A model generated the notes under the pieces. It saw only the letters and a program-made list of their open reading frames with translations. It was not told where the DNA came from and made no database searches. A DNA stretch of 64,000 bases from NCBI GenBank assembly GCA_027451945.1, contig DAIDHT010000034.1, forward strand, positions 812 through 64,811, given 5' to 3'. Below, piece after piece: positions 45,266 through 55,121 of this stretch; position 1 is the stretch's first letter; the number at the start of each line of letters is the position of its first letter. The stretch comes from Spirochaetales bacterium (GTDB lineage: Bacteria > Spirochaetota > Spirochaetia > JABEVK01). The position numbers and the translations under genes were made by a program.

Positions 45266-47137
45266 TTAGACGGCTTTATCCATCATTCGGTTTAGTCGAG
45301 CGACAAAGGCATTCGGATTTTCTAGGGGAACTCCTTCGACCAGTAAAGCCTGTTCTAACAGGAGCCACGAGGCGTCCTCGACCACGGCTTTGTCTTTAGC
45401 TTCGCGCAACTTTGTCACCAAGGCGTGATCGGGGTTGATTTCGAGAATCGGCTTGGGAGCCGGGAGGTCTTTCTGGCCCATCGCCTTCATCATCTGTTGA
45501 AGCTTTGCCGAAGGGTCATCATCGCCCGTGACAATACACGAAGGACTTTCGGCCAGGCGGAAAGAAACTCGAACATCTTTGACGTGATCGCCGAGGACCT
45601 TTTTCATCTTTTCGAGAAGCGGCTTCAAATCCTTTTCTTTGCCTTCGTCGGCTTTGTCCTTCAAATCCTCGCCAACTTCGGCTTTGTTGATGGACTTGAG
45701 GTCAATATCCTTGTACTTCTCGACCGATTGAAAGACGATTTCGTCGATGTCATCGTCCAGAATCAGCACTTCGATATCTTTCTTCTTGTAAACTTCCAAC
45801 AACGGTGACGCGCGTAACGACGCCTCTGTTCCGCCAGTGAGAATGTAAAGGGCCTTTTGTTCACTCTTCATCCGGTCTTTCGCCTCGGCCAAACTGGTCC
45901 AGCCCTCGACCTTGGTTGACTTAAAGCGAATCAGGTCCAAGATTGCTTCGCGATTGGCGTAATCTTGGTACAGCCCCTCTTTGAGAACGCGGTTGTACTC
46001 ACTAGCGAACTGGAGGTACTTATCTTTGTCGTTGTTGGCCAAGGACTGCAGTTCCGCCAAGACCTTTTTAACGCTCGCGGTCCGAATTTGAGACAACACT
46101 TTATTTTGCTGAAGAATTTCGCGGCTGACATTGAGAGGAAGATCCTCGCTATCAATAACGCCACGTAGGAACCTCAGCCAGGTCGGCATCAGTTCTTTTT
46201 CATCATCTGTGATAAAGACGCGTTTGACGTACAGCTTAACGCCAGGCCGGTAATCGGCTTGGAACAGGTCGTAAGGTGCCTTGGCGGGAATATAAAAGAG
46301 GGTGGTATATTCTAAGGTTCCTTCTGCCTTGGTGTGGAACCAAACCAGCGGGTCGTCGTAGTCATGCGAAACTGTCTTATAGAATTCTTTGTAATCTTCG
46401 TCCTTTAATTCGGACTTTGAGCGCTTCCACAAGGCACCCGCATCGTTGACTTTTTCGGTGGTGGGGACCTTCTTCGAAGTCCGCTTGTCCCCTTCACCTT
46501 CCCATTCCGTTTTTTCATAGCTGAGATAAATGGGAAAAGCGATGTGATTGGAGTACTTCTTGACCAGTTCACTAACACGCCAATTGCTCGTGTATTCTTT
46601 GCCGTCTTCATTCATGAAGAGCTTTACGGTGGTTCCATGGCCGTCGCGTTCGCTGGCATCAATTTCATAGCTGGTTTGCCCGTCGCTGGCCCAGCGCCAT
46701 GCTTTATCGTCACCAGCTTTTTTTGTGATGACTTCGACGCGGTCGGCCACCATAAAGGCGCTGTAAAACCCAACACCGAATTGACCGATCAGGTTCGAAT
46801 CACGCTTAGCGTCGCCCGACAGTTGAGCCAAGAAGTTTTTTGTACCGGAACGAGCGATGGTACCCAGGTTGGCTGCCAGGTCTTCGGCATTCATGCCGAT
46901 CCCGTTGTCACGGATCATCAGAACGCTGTTCGCTTCATCGATCTCAATGTCTACACGGGGATCAAAGGCCATGCCCTTGAAGGTGTCATCGGTCAGGGTC
47001 AAATACTTAAGCTTATCCAGGGCGTCCGAGGCATTGGAAACCAACTCGCGCAAGAAGATCTCTTGGTGCGAGTACAAAGAATGGATGATCAGCTTGAGCA
47101 ACTGACCCACTTCGGTCTGAAACTCATGTTGAGACAT
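45266..47137 (-). CDS. htpG: Chaperone HtpG (Hsp90)
   Basis: YSHQEIFLRELVSNASDALDK, IGQFGVGFYSAFMVADRV and the 623-aa length match the GHKL ATPase of Hsp90. Confidence 0.9.
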   Translation of the reverse strand: MSQHEFQTEVGQLLKLIIHSLYSHQEIFLRELVSNASDALDKLKYLTLTDDTFKGMAFDPRVDIEIDEANSVLMIRDNGIGMNAEDLAANLGTIARSGTKNFLAQLSGDAKRDSNLIGQFGVGFYSAFMVADRVEVITKKAGDDKAWRWASDGQTSYEIDASERDGHGTTVKLFMNEDGKEYTSNWRVSELVKKYSNHIAFPIYLSYEKTEWEGEGDKRTSKKVPTTEKVNDAGALWKRSKSELKDEDYKEFYKTVSHDYDDPLVWFHTKAEGTLEYTTLFYIPAKAPYDLFQADYRPGVKLYVKRVFITDDEKELMPTWLRFLRGVIDSEDLPLNVSREILQQNKVLSQIRTASVKKVLAELQSLANNDKDKYLQFASEYNRVLKEGLYQDYANREAILDLIRFKSTKVEGWTSLAEAKDRMKSEQKALYILTGGTEASLRASPLLEVYKKKDIEVLILDDDIDEIVFQSVEKYKDIDLKSINKAEVGEDLKDKADEGKEKDLKPLLEKMKKVLGDHVKDVRVSFRLAESPSCIVTGDDDPSAKLQQMMKAMGQKDLPAPKPILEINPDHALVTKLREAKDKAVVEDASWLLLEQALLVEGVPLENPNAFVARLNRMMDKAV

Positions 47138-47219
47138 AGAAAATTCTCCTAGGTAAGGGGATGTTGATCTTTAAATTACCGAAATCTGCGACTCTCGGCA
47201 AGTCAACGGAACTTACCGG

Positions 47220-47579
47220 TTAGTCGTGTGAACAGCTGTCATGGTGGGCCGAGCACAGCTCCCCCGAATCCTGAAAGCGACCGGCAACAAATTCTTCGAC
47301 CGCGTCGCGGGAGCGGCCCGAAGCCCCACGAACTACGGTGATCCCGTGGTCTCGTAAAACCTTCAGCGCGCCTTCACCCATGTTTCCAGCCACCAAATGG
47401 GTCACCCCTGCTTGGGCCAGAACCCCGGCGATTCCCGATTTACAACCGCAAGAATCCGAGGAGGGGATGGCCGGGTCTTGGGTCAGTTGGTCCTCGTGGG
47501 CGCTAAAGACGAGAAACTCCTGGCAGTGTCCAAAGTGCTGGTCAATTTGTCCTTCGTGGGAGGGTACAGCGATTTTCAT
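47220..47579 (-). CDS. NifB/NifX-family (dinitrogenase FeMo-cofactor-binding domain) small protein
   Basis: MKIAVPSHEGQIDQHFGHCQEFLVF...GVTHLVAGNMGEGA matches the Nitro_FeMo-Co fold pattern. The tail CSAHHDSCSHD is rich in Cys and His. Confidence 0.55.
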   Translation of the reverse strand: MKIAVPSHEGQIDQHFGHCQEFLVFSAHEDQLTQDPAIPSSDSCGCKSGIAGVLAQAGVTHLVAGNMGEGALKVLRDHGITVVRGASGRSRDAVEEFVAGRFQDSGELCSAHHDSCSHD

Positions 47580-47633
47580 GAGATGTCTCCTTTTTGCTTT
47601 TGCTTATATTAGCATATGTCAATAATAGTAGGT

Positions 47634-47665
47634 AAAAAAAAGGCGCGTCAAGGGACGCGCCTTCT
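47634..47665 (-). terminator. Rho-independent terminator after the minus-strand barrel gene
   Basis: GGCGCGTC-AAGG-GACGCGCC (47642-47661) is preceded by A8, which gives a T8 run on the minus strand. Confidence 0.6.
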
Positions 47666-47680
47666 GCTCATCGATGCGGT

Positions 47681-48166
47681 TTAGAAGCGGTAGCGGACGG
47701 CAAAACCCCCGGAGCCTTGAAAGCTCGTTGAAGGAATAATTTGCATTCCCAGACCTAATTCAAAAGCGAGCTCAAGGGGAATCTTTTGAAAACGGTAGAG
47801 GATGCCGCCGGGAATGCGGATTCCCAGCCCAAAAGTGTTACCGACATTGACTTCGGCACCAACGCCTATGTACAACGGAAAATCCTGGCCTTTGATCACC
47901 ACAATGCCAGGAAATTCTTGCAAATAGTTGGCTTGAACCAAAAGGCTAGTCTGATTATAAAGGCTCCAAGCCGCTTTCGCTTCAAAAGATTGGGTATCGG
48001 TAAACCCATAGCGTACCGTCAGACCCGTAGGTTCTCCCAAAAAGGCACCGGCCGCCCAACCCTTGGCCCCTGGCGCTGTGGTTTGAGCAAAAGAGGCTAC
48101 AGCCAAACTCAACGCTAAACCGACAGCCAAAAGGGCGCGGGGAGCAAGAAAAACACGATTCTTCAT
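47681..48166 (-). CDS. Small outer-membrane beta-barrel protein (OmpW/OmpA-like 8-strand type)
   Basis: The signal peptide is MKNRVFLAPRALLAVGLALSLAVASFAQ. Amphipathic strands alternate, and it ends ...GFAVRYRF. Confidence 0.5.
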   Translation of the reverse strand: MKNRVFLAPRALLAVGLALSLAVASFAQTTAPGAKGWAAGAFLGEPTGLTVRYGFTDTQSFEAKAAWSLYNQTSLLVQANYLQEFPGIVVIKGQDFPLYIGVGAEVNVGNTFGLGIRIPGGILYRFQKIPLELAFELGLGMQIIPSTSFQGSGGFAVRYRF

Positions 48167-48251
48167 GTACGACTCCTTAAAGTATTCATAATCATTTATC
48201 GACAGGCACAAAATCTAGCAATTTGTTCAAAAAGTCAAGTCCGTAGAAAGG

Positions 48252-49307
48252 TTAGGTTTTGAGGGCAGCTTGACGCTTGTAATGGTCTTCGAGCACTAAA
48301 GCGGCCATCGCTTCGATTACGGGCACAATCCGGGGGCAAATACAGGGGTCATGCCGGCCAATGGTTCGGATTTCATTTTCTTGGCCGTCAAGGCCAATGG
48401 TATGTTGGGTTTTCGAAATCGATGAAGTGGGCTTGACGGCGGCTCTAAACACGATCTGCTCGCCGGTCGAAATCCCCCCCAACGTCCCCCCCGCGTGGTT
48501 GGTGACAAAACCGTTGCGGTCCATGGGGTCATTATGCTGGCTTCCCAAGAGGTCGACGCAGCCGAAGCCCAGGCCCATCTCAAACCCTTTGACAGCACCC
48601 AAGGACATAATCGCCTTCGCTAAATCTGCCTCTAACTTATCAAAGACCGGCTCGCCTAAGCCTGGCGCGACCCCATCGATATGACATTCAACAATACCCC
48701 CGACGCTGTCGCCTTCGCTAGCCAAACGTTCGATGATGGGGATCATCTGAGCCGCAGCATTCATGTCAGCCGCCCGCATCGGGTTCTTTTCTATTACCGA
48801 GTAGTCAACGTTTTCGCAAGAAATCCCGGCACAGCGGCGGGTAAAAGCACGAATGGTAACGCCTCGTCCTAAGAGGATCTTTTTGGCCACGGCACCTGCG
48901 GCAACGCGAGCCGCCGTTTCGCGACCTGACGCCCGGCCAGAGCCCCGGTAATCGCGGATTCCGTACTTGGTCAGGTAGGTGAAATCGGCATGGCCAGGGC
49001 GAAACTTGTCCTTGATATCATCGTACGCACTCGACTGAGCGTCTTTGTTGTACAAGATCATCAAAATGGGCGTGCCCGTTGTCTTTCCTTCAAAAACGCC
49101 CGAAAGCAAGTGGACGGTGTCTGGTTCTTGCCGGGGGGTTGTTACCGAGGACTGCCCGGGTTTACGCCGATCGAGCTCCTTTTGAATATCGGCTTCGTTG
49201 AGTTCTAAAAGGGGTGGGGCTCCATCCAGGACAACACCAACGGCCCCTCCGTGCGACTCGCCAAACGTGCTGATTTTAAAACTATGGCCAAAACTTGATC
49301 CGGGCAT
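48252..49307 (-). CDS. aroC: Chorismate synthase
   Basis: The N-terminus [35 protein letters not shown]-like [12 protein letters not shown] and the 351-aa length match AroC. Confidence 0.9.
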   Translation of the reverse strand: MPGSSFGHSFKISTFGESHGGAVGVVLDGAPPLLELNEADIQKELDRRKPGQSSVTTPRQEPDTVHLLSGVFEGKTTGTPILMILYNKDAQSSAYDDIKDKFRPGHADFTYLTKYGIRDYRGSGRASGRETAARVAAGAVAKKILLGRGVTIRAFTRRCAGISCENVDYSVIEKNPMRAADMNAAAQMIPIIERLASEGDSVGGIVECHIDGVAPGLGEPVFDKLEADLAKAIMSLGAVKGFEMGLGFGCVDLLGSQHNDPMDRNGFVTNHAGGTLGGISTGEQIVFRAAVKPTSSISKTQHTIGLDGQENEIRTIGRHDPCICPRIVPVIEAMAALVLEDHYKRQAALKT

Positions 49308-49309
49308 GC

Positions 49310-49852
49310 TTATTCTCCTGTGGGTCGATCTAGTGATTCAAGGCTTTCACTGAGGCGGCGAAACGCGGTATCGAGGTCGACGCCGCTCAGCTCAAGCTCT
49401 ATCGTACAAACTTCACGCATCCGTAAGGTTCGTTCTCGGTACAAGACTTGAAAGTCCTCCCAAGGGTGGTCGGGTGACAAAAACGCGGGGAGACCCCCTT
49501 TAAGGATGCGCTCAAAGAGAATCTCGGGTTTTTCTTTTAGGTGGATGAGAACGCCTATACTTGCCAAATGGTTGACGGCTGGGGGGTTGTCAATCGTACC
49601 GCCTCCCCACGCCAGAACGAGAGGTGCCTGCCGCATTTCCTGAACTGCAGCGGCGGCGGCCAGTGCTTCGAGGCGTTGAAAGAGCGCTTTTCCCCCGCTA
49701 CGGTAGACGTCTCGCGCTGAGCGTCCCTGGGCTTCGGGGAGATTTTCCAGCAGTTGATCAAGATCGCGAAAGGGGAGCCGCCGAACCTGGGCGAGCTTTT
49801 TGCCCAAAGTGGATTTTCCCGTATGTTTCATCCCTAAAAGCTGTACCGTCAC
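49310..49852 (-). CDS. aroK: Shikimate kinase
   Basis: The P-loop is [15 protein letters not shown], followed by FRDLDQLLE. The length is about 180 aa. It ends 3 nt upstream of aroC. Confidence 0.7.
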   Translation of the reverse strand: MTVQLLGMKHTGKSTLGKKLAQVRRLPFRDLDQLLENLPEAQGRSARDVYRSGGKALFQRLEALAAAAAVQEMRQAPLVLAWGGGTIDNPPAVNHLASIGVLIHLKEKPEILFERILKGGLPAFLSPDHPWEDFQVLYRERTLRMREVCTIELELSGVDLDTAFRRLSESLESLDRPTGE

Positions 49853-49920
49853 AGCCTTACAGTACCCGGAAGAGCTAGGCTCGTCCAGCGGGCGAGGTAT
49901 TCGAGAAGTTACGTCAGAAG

Positions 49921-51504
49921 TTATTCCAGAAGAGGAACGTTGAGGTCCTCGAGCTCGGGTACCATCAGGGGTAGTCGAAAGGTGGTGCCCACCCCTTCTA
50001 GGCTTTCAATCTGGAGTGTGGTTCCCAGCTGACGTGCCATATCAAAACAAACCGTCAGGCCAAGGCCCTGACCTTGTTCCCGTGCCGTCCCCGCTGTAGA
50101 AAAGGTGTCATTTTGAGCACGAAGGCGCTCGAGATTTTCTTTGCTGATTCCAACGCCAGTATCGGTGACGCTCAGTTCGGCGCCGCCCGAAATCTCACGT
50201 CCCGTCACGGTAATTTGCCCTCCTGGCCTCGTAAATTTTAGCGCATTGTGCACCAGGTTTCGCAGAATGGTGGCTAACATCGTTTTATCTGAGTGGATTT
50301 GGGTGTTGAGGTGAAGCTCGGCTTTTAACGTAATAGCTTTGTCCCGGGCCATCAGCTGAAATAGGGTAAAGACTTCTTTGACTAACGGGTCGAGCGGAAA
50401 GGTGGTTAGACGCGGGGCTGTGTCGCCTTTTTGCAGGCGTGCCCACGACAGCAGGTTTTCTAAGAGCTGAAGCAGACTTTCAGAGGACCGTCGCATATCC
50501 TGAAAGATTTGGTCCCAGGCCGGCGGGTCAAACAACTTTTGGTCATCCACCCAGATGTCGAGCAGTTGCTTAATTTTACTCACCGGCCCCCTAAGATCGT
50601 GGCTGATGATCGAAAACAGCTTGTCTTTGGTCGCATTGAGGTCTTCGAGCTTTTGTTCACGTTCTTTTCGTGAGGAGATGTCGATCAAAACCCCCAAGAA
50701 CCCAATGTCCTCGTTTTCGGGCACCTCGAACTGAAGGACGTACAGAATAAACGAGTGCAGAGTCCCATCGGCGTGCAGAAGCTCAACTTCTTCTGCGGCC
50801 ATCGATTCGCGTGACAGCAAATCGAGGTCGATTTTGTCAAAGGTAGCACCATTTTGAGGTCCCAGGGCCTCGAGGTTAGTTTTGAGGGTGAGCCGATCTT
50901 TGGCGACATCGAGGACGACGCAAAATGACAGGTTGGCGCTAGAAAACTTTCCCGTCTTAGTTTTGTAAAACAAGGGTAAAGGGATCAAATCGATCAGGGT
51001 GTCTAACAGCTTTTGCTGGGCCTGCTGGCGGGTTTCTTGCACGCTGGTGCTTTGATGCGACAAAAGGGTAAGCGTGGCCCACACCGAGGCTTGAACCCAA
51101 AGGAAGATCAGACCTTTCAGATCAAACGCTGGCAAAAGTACGCCGGACACGAGGTCGATTCCCAATAAAAGAAGGGCGGCCGGGAATACTGTTAACCGAA
51201 ACACCGCAAATACCGTCAACGCCAGAGCCCAAACCCACCAGCCCCACAGGGCGTGGGCCTCAGCAAAAACCAGGGTGACCACAGCGCTTAGGCCCAACAG
51301 CAGAAAGGCCGCTGGTGCGGGGCGTTTCCAAAGACGAAACACCGTCACCCCCGCCAAAGTCAAAAGCACAACGGCGTGAAGTATCCAAAGGGTAGTGGGA
51401 ACGACGACCAGCGATCCCACGGTTAAGCTGGCTTCGGCATAAAGAAGGAGGTACGCCGCTTGGCGGCAAAACTGTTCCGAGCGGGGGGGGCGCAGAAGTT
51501 TCAC
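49921..51504 (-). CDS. Membrane sensor histidine kinase
   Basis: The N-terminus has about 6 TM helices. The H-box is FSIISHDLRGP. The N-box is LVHNALKFT, followed by the G-boxes DTGVGI and GQGLGLTVC. A C8 tract occupies codons 5-8. Confidence 0.75.
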   Translation of the reverse strand: MKLLRPPRSEQFCRQAAYLLLYAEASLTVGSLVVVPTTLWILHAVVLLTLAGVTVFRLWKRPAPAAFLLLGLSAVVTLVFAEAHALWGWWVWALALTVFAVFRLTVFPAALLLLGIDLVSGVLLPAFDLKGLIFLWVQASVWATLTLLSHQSTSVQETRQQAQQKLLDTLIDLIPLPLFYKTKTGKFSSANLSFCVVLDVAKDRLTLKTNLEALGPQNGATFDKIDLDLLSRESMAAEEVELLHADGTLHSFILYVLQFEVPENEDIGFLGVLIDISSRKEREQKLEDLNATKDKLFSIISHDLRGPVSKIKQLLDIWVDDQKLFDPPAWDQIFQDMRRSSESLLQLLENLLSWARLQKGDTAPRLTTFPLDPLVKEVFTLFQLMARDKAITLKAELHLNTQIHSDKTMLATILRNLVHNALKFTRPGGQITVTGREISGGAELSVTDTGVGISKENLERLRAQNDTFSTAGTAREQGQGLGLTVCFDMARQLGTTLQIESLEGVGTTFRLPLMVPELEDLNVPLLE

Positions 51505-51569
51505 CTCAACAGGATAGGATGAACTGAGGTTTCTTGCAAATATTCTCGCTGAAATTTACAATCTTTCTT

Positions 51570-52964
51570 ATGCCAGAAACACGTTTAGAAGCCGATTCCA
51601 TGGGGAACATCCCCGTAGAGGCCTCCCGCTACTGGGGGGCTCAGACCGAACGCGCCCGGTTGAACTTTCAAGTTTCACCGTATCGCGCTCCGCAACCTTT
51701 TCTTAGGGCGTTGTGCGCCGTCAAGGGGGCCTACGCCCAAGCCAACCAAGAGTTAGGAGTTTTGGACCACCGTTTGGCCTTGGCGGTTTTGCAAGCCGCC
51801 CGCGAAGCCCAAGAGGGTAACTTTGACGAAGAGTTCCCCCTCGACGTGTTTCAGACAGGGAGCGGCACCAGCTGGAACATGAACGCTAACGAAGTTTTAG
51901 CGGGCCGCGCCAACGAGATCCTCACGGGCAAACGAGGCGGAAAAGCCCCTGTGCACCCCAACGATCACGTGAACGCAGGGCAATCATCGAACGATGTGAT
52001 TCCTGCCGTCCTGAATATTTCGTGCCGCTTGGAAACAGAACAGCTCTGCCAGGCCCTCGAGGGGTTGGCGGTGGCCTTTGAAACCAAGGCTCACGAGTTT
52101 TTAACCGTCATCAAGCTGGGGCGGACGCACCTGCAAGATGCCGTCCCCATGACGCTGGGGCAAGAAGTCGGGGCTTGGGCACGCCAAGTACGGCTGGCGG
52201 TCGAGCGGCTACGCGGAGTTTACCCCCACCTCGAAGAGCTGGCCTTGGGCGGTACGGCCCTAGGTACGGGCCTTAATGCTCCCGCCGCTCTGGCGCCCCG
52301 AGCGATTGCTCAGCTGGCACAGCTTTATGGCGTTCCTTTTCGTCAGGCCGAAAATCTCTTTGAAGCGATTTCGGCGCGGGATGCTCAGGTGGAGCTGATG
52401 GGGGCCCTCAACAGCACGGCGGTTTCGCTGATGAAAATTGGTAATGACCTGCGGCTTTTGTCCAGCGGACCGCGGACAGGGTTTGGCGAAGTTCTGCTTC
52501 CCAGCCTTCAGCCAGGAAGTTCCATCATGCCCGGCAAGGTGAACCCTGTGATGCTCGAGGTTTTGATTCAAGCTTGTGCGCACGTGATGGGCGTGGCGGT
52601 AACCGCGACCATTGCCGGACAAAACTCGCCGCTTCAGCTGAACATCATGATGCCTCTGCTGGCGCACGAAATCTTATCGTCGTTAGAGCTCATGACCCGA
52701 ACGGTTCAGGCTGTCAACGACAGGTGCATTCAAGGGTTGGTGGCCGACCGACAACACTGTGAAGCGCAAGTTGAACGTTCCCTGGCGTTAGTGACAGCCT
52801 TGGCTCCCGTTATTGGGTATGACAAAGCGGCGCAAGTTTCTAAGACGGCACTGGCCTCGGGAAAGACCTTACGCGAGGTTTTGCGCGACGAGGGGCTCCT
52901 TACCGGCGACGTCGAAGCGTTACTCGACCCTCGAACGATGCTGGGCCCTGAGCGCCAAGCATGA
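51570..52964 (+). CDS. fumC: Class II fumarate hydratase (fumarase C / aspartase family)
   Basis: The motifs are GSSIMPGKVNP, QSSNDV and TGSGTSWNMN. I chose the internal Met (MPETRLEADSMGNI...) over the longer track ORF. Confidence 0.75.
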   Translation: MPETRLEADSMGNIPVEASRYWGAQTERARLNFQVSPYRAPQPFLRALCAVKGAYAQANQELGVLDHRLALAVLQAAREAQEGNFDEEFPLDVFQTGSGTSWNMNANEVLAGRANEILTGKRGGKAPVHPNDHVNAGQSSNDVIPAVLNISCRLETEQLCQALEGLAVAFETKAHEFLTVIKLGRTHLQDAVPMTLGQEVGAWARQVRLAVERLRGVYPHLEELALGGTALGTGLNAPAALAPRAIAQLAQLYGVPFRQAENLFEAISARDAQVELMGALNSTAVSLMKIGNDLRLLSSGPRTGFGEVLLPSLQPGSSIMPGKVNPVMLEVLIQACAHVMGVAVTATIAGQNSPLQLNIMMPLLAHEILSSLELMTRTVQAVNDRCIQGLVADRQHCEAQVERSLALVTALAPVIGYDKAAQVSKTALASGKTLREVLRDEGLLTGDVEALLDPRTMLGPERQA

Positions 52965-53905
52965 AGATAGGGCGCCTGCTTTTTGTAGGGCTTTTGACGA
53001 TCCTGGGCGTAGGAACGGCTGACGGTTTACCAGTGCTTCGCTGGAGCGGGCTAACGCTCGCCACGTACAACGACAACTCACCGTATCTGTACTGGACCCC
53101 TGACGGCAACCTCAATGTCGGGGTCGGCCGGGGTGCCGACGACCAGTTTACGGCTGGAGGCTTGGTCAGTGCTCAGGCGAAAGTGTACTCGCGGTGGGCG
53201 GACGCGCTGAGTATGTCACTCAACTATGCCATGTACACTGACGACCAGTACTATAGCATCGGTGCCATTGGTGTGCCCACGCATCCGGCCTGGCGAGAAG
53301 ATGTGTTGTCGTTTTTAACGCAGACGCAAAAAGTTCTGGGCCCCTGGTCGCTGTACACAGGGGCAGGGGTGGTGCTTCGGGGCAATCTTGGGGGACAGAC
53401 GGTGCAAGACTCGGTGCATCTGACCATCAATGATCAGACCTTCGACCTCCCCTATGCCTCGTTTGGCATCGGACCGCTGGTGAGCGCAGGGGTTTCGTAC
53501 AACGCCTGGGATTTTCACTACCGCCAGTGGTCGGGGCAGGTCAGTGGGTGGGCTCGTGGGGTTTGGGATGTGTTAGGGGTGGCAAATTCTCAAGCGGATT
53601 TTTTGGCTCGGGCGCAACTTTTTACGGGAGCGGTGAGCTTTGACCTGAGTGCTGGCTGGCGGGCCTCGCACCCCGGTACCGAAGCATTTTTAGCGTCTAT
53701 GTATTCGGGTGGCTTTTTTGAAGACGCCAGCCTGAACTTAGACTTAGGCGGCTTTTCGTTCCGCGCCGGGTACGCGGTGAACCCCTATGGCGCGGCTCCG
53801 ATTTCGCAATACCCGGCGTATCATGACATGAACCAGGAGTTTCACTGGTCGGTGACCTGGGGAACGGAGGACCCGCTTCCGTGGATCCTCCGGTTTTACC
53901 CTTAA
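52961..53905 (+). CDS. Secreted W/Y-rich beta-rich protein, possibly an outer-membrane barrel
   Basis: Its ATG overlaps the fumC stop as ATGA. The signal peptide is MKIGRLLFVGLLTILGVGTADG. Short amphipathic strands alternate, and it ends ...RFYP. Confidence 0.45.
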   Translation: MKIGRLLFVGLLTILGVGTADGLPVLRWSGLTLATYNDNSPYLYWTPDGNLNVGVGRGADDQFTAGGLVSAQAKVYSRWADALSMSLNYAMYTDDQYYSIGAIGVPTHPAWREDVLSFLTQTQKVLGPWSLYTGAGVVLRGNLGGQTVQDSVHLTINDQTFDLPYASFGIGPLVSAGVSYNAWDFHYRQWSGQVSGWARGVWDVLGVANSQADFLARAQLFTGAVSFDLSAGWRASHPGTEAFLASMYSGGFFEDASLNLDLGGFSFRAGYAVNPYGAAPISQYPAYHDMNQEFHWSVTWGTEDPLPWILRFYP

Positions 53906-53932
53906 AAGTGGGGCTCGCGATTCGTTTCGATC

Positions 53933-55108
53933 TTACAGGCAGTTTTCGATGATGCGTACCAGAAGAACGCCTTCGATGGCCTTCAGTTCATCCTTGAGGT
54001 CCGCGGGCAGAGCACCCGACAGGTCGATGATGTTGTAGGCGACTTCGCCCTTGTTGCGGTTGAGCATGTCGTCGATGTTGAGCTTGTGCTTGGCCAACAC
54101 GGCGGTAATCTGACCCACCATGTTCGGGACGTTCTTGTTGGCAATGGTCAGGCGGGTCTTGCCCGTCGGTGCCATTTCGGCGGCGGGAAAGTTCACGCTG
54201 TTCTTAATGTTGCCCCGTTCCAGGTAATCGCGGATTTCGTCGGCGGCCATGACAGCGCAGTTGTCCTCTGCTTCGGGGGTCGAAGCGCCCAGGTGGGGAA
54301 TACAGATGATGCCTTCCACGCCCAAAAGCTCTTCTTCGGGCAGGTCGGTGATATACCCACCCAAGCGGCCCGACGCCAGCTCGGCCTTTATGGCGGCATT
54401 GTCGACCAGGCCGGAGCGGCTCAGGTTGATGATGCGAGCCCCTTTCTTGGTACGAGCCAGGCGTTCTTTGTTGAACAGACCCTTGGTTTCGGGGGTCAAG
54501 GGAACGTGAATGGTGATGTAATCGGATTCAGCGACCAGAGCGTCCAGGCTAGCGGCTTTGCGAACGTTGGTGTTGAGCTTCCAAGCGGCTTCGATGCTCA
54601 GGTAGGGGTCGTAGCCAATGACGGTCATGCCTAAGGCAACGGCGGCGTTGGCCGTCAGGACACCCACGGCACCCAGGCCGATGACACCCAGGGTCTTGCC
54701 CTGAATTTCGGGGCCGACAAACTGGGCCTTGCCCTTTTCGACCAGCTCGGGAACTTCGTCACCCTTGCCTTTGAGGGCCTGTGTCCAGGCTAGACCCTGA
54801 ACAATCTTGCGGCTAGAGAGCAACATGGCGGCAAGCACCAGCTCTTTGACGGCGTTGGCGTTGGCGCCGGGGGTGTTGAATACCACGATGCCCTTTTCGG
54901 TGCATTTGGCGATCGGAATGTTGTTGGTGCCGGCGCCGGCGCGGGCGATGGCCATCAGGCTGGCGGGCAAGTCGAGGTTGTGCATGTCCTGACTGCGGAC
55001 CAGGATGGCGTCGGGGTTGACGATTTCGCTGGCGGTCTCGTAGTTATCGCGGGGCAAGCGGTCTAAGCCGCAGGCGGCAATCTTATTTAACGTTTGAATC
55101 TTATACAT
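53933..55108 (-). CDS. serA: D-3-phosphoglycerate dehydrogenase (with C-terminal ACT domain)
   Basis: The NAD-binding motif is GVIGLGAVG. The 2-hydroxyacid-dehydrogenase catalytic region is HVPLTPET...ARIINLSRSG. A C-terminal ACT-like segment is present. It lies directly downstream of serC. Confidence 0.8.
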   Translation of the reverse strand: MYKIQTLNKIAACGLDRLPRDNYETASEIVNPDAILVRSQDMHNLDLPASLMAIARAGAGTNNIPIAKCTEKGIVVFNTPGANANAVKELVLAAMLLSSRKIVQGLAWTQALKGKGDEVPELVEKGKAQFVGPEIQGKTLGVIGLGAVGVLTANAAVALGMTVIGYDPYLSIEAAWKLNTNVRKAASLDALVAESDYITIHVPLTPETKGLFNKERLARTKKGARIINLSRSGLVDNAAIKAELASGRLGGYITDLPEEELLGVEGIICIPHLGASTPEAEDNCAVMAADEIRDYLERGNIKNSVNFPAAEMAPTGKTRLTIANKNVPNMVGQITAVLAKHKLNIDDMLNRNKGEVAYNIIDLSGALPADLKDELKAIEGVLLVRIIENCL

Positions 55109-55121
55109 GGGGTACTCCTTG

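Noticed and set aside
46544-47152. 202-aa plus-strand ORF antisense to htpG
   Set aside because: It is an antisense artefact within a highly conserved chaperone gene.
47138-47219. Possible sigma-32 or CIRCE heat-shock control element upstream of htpG
   Set aside because: I looked for CTTGAAA-N13-15-CCCCATNT and for the TTAGCACTC-N9-GAGTGCTAA inverted repeat. Only poor partial matches with wrong spacing were present.
54086-54634. 182-aa plus-strand ORF antisense to serA
   Set aside because: It is an antisense artefact.
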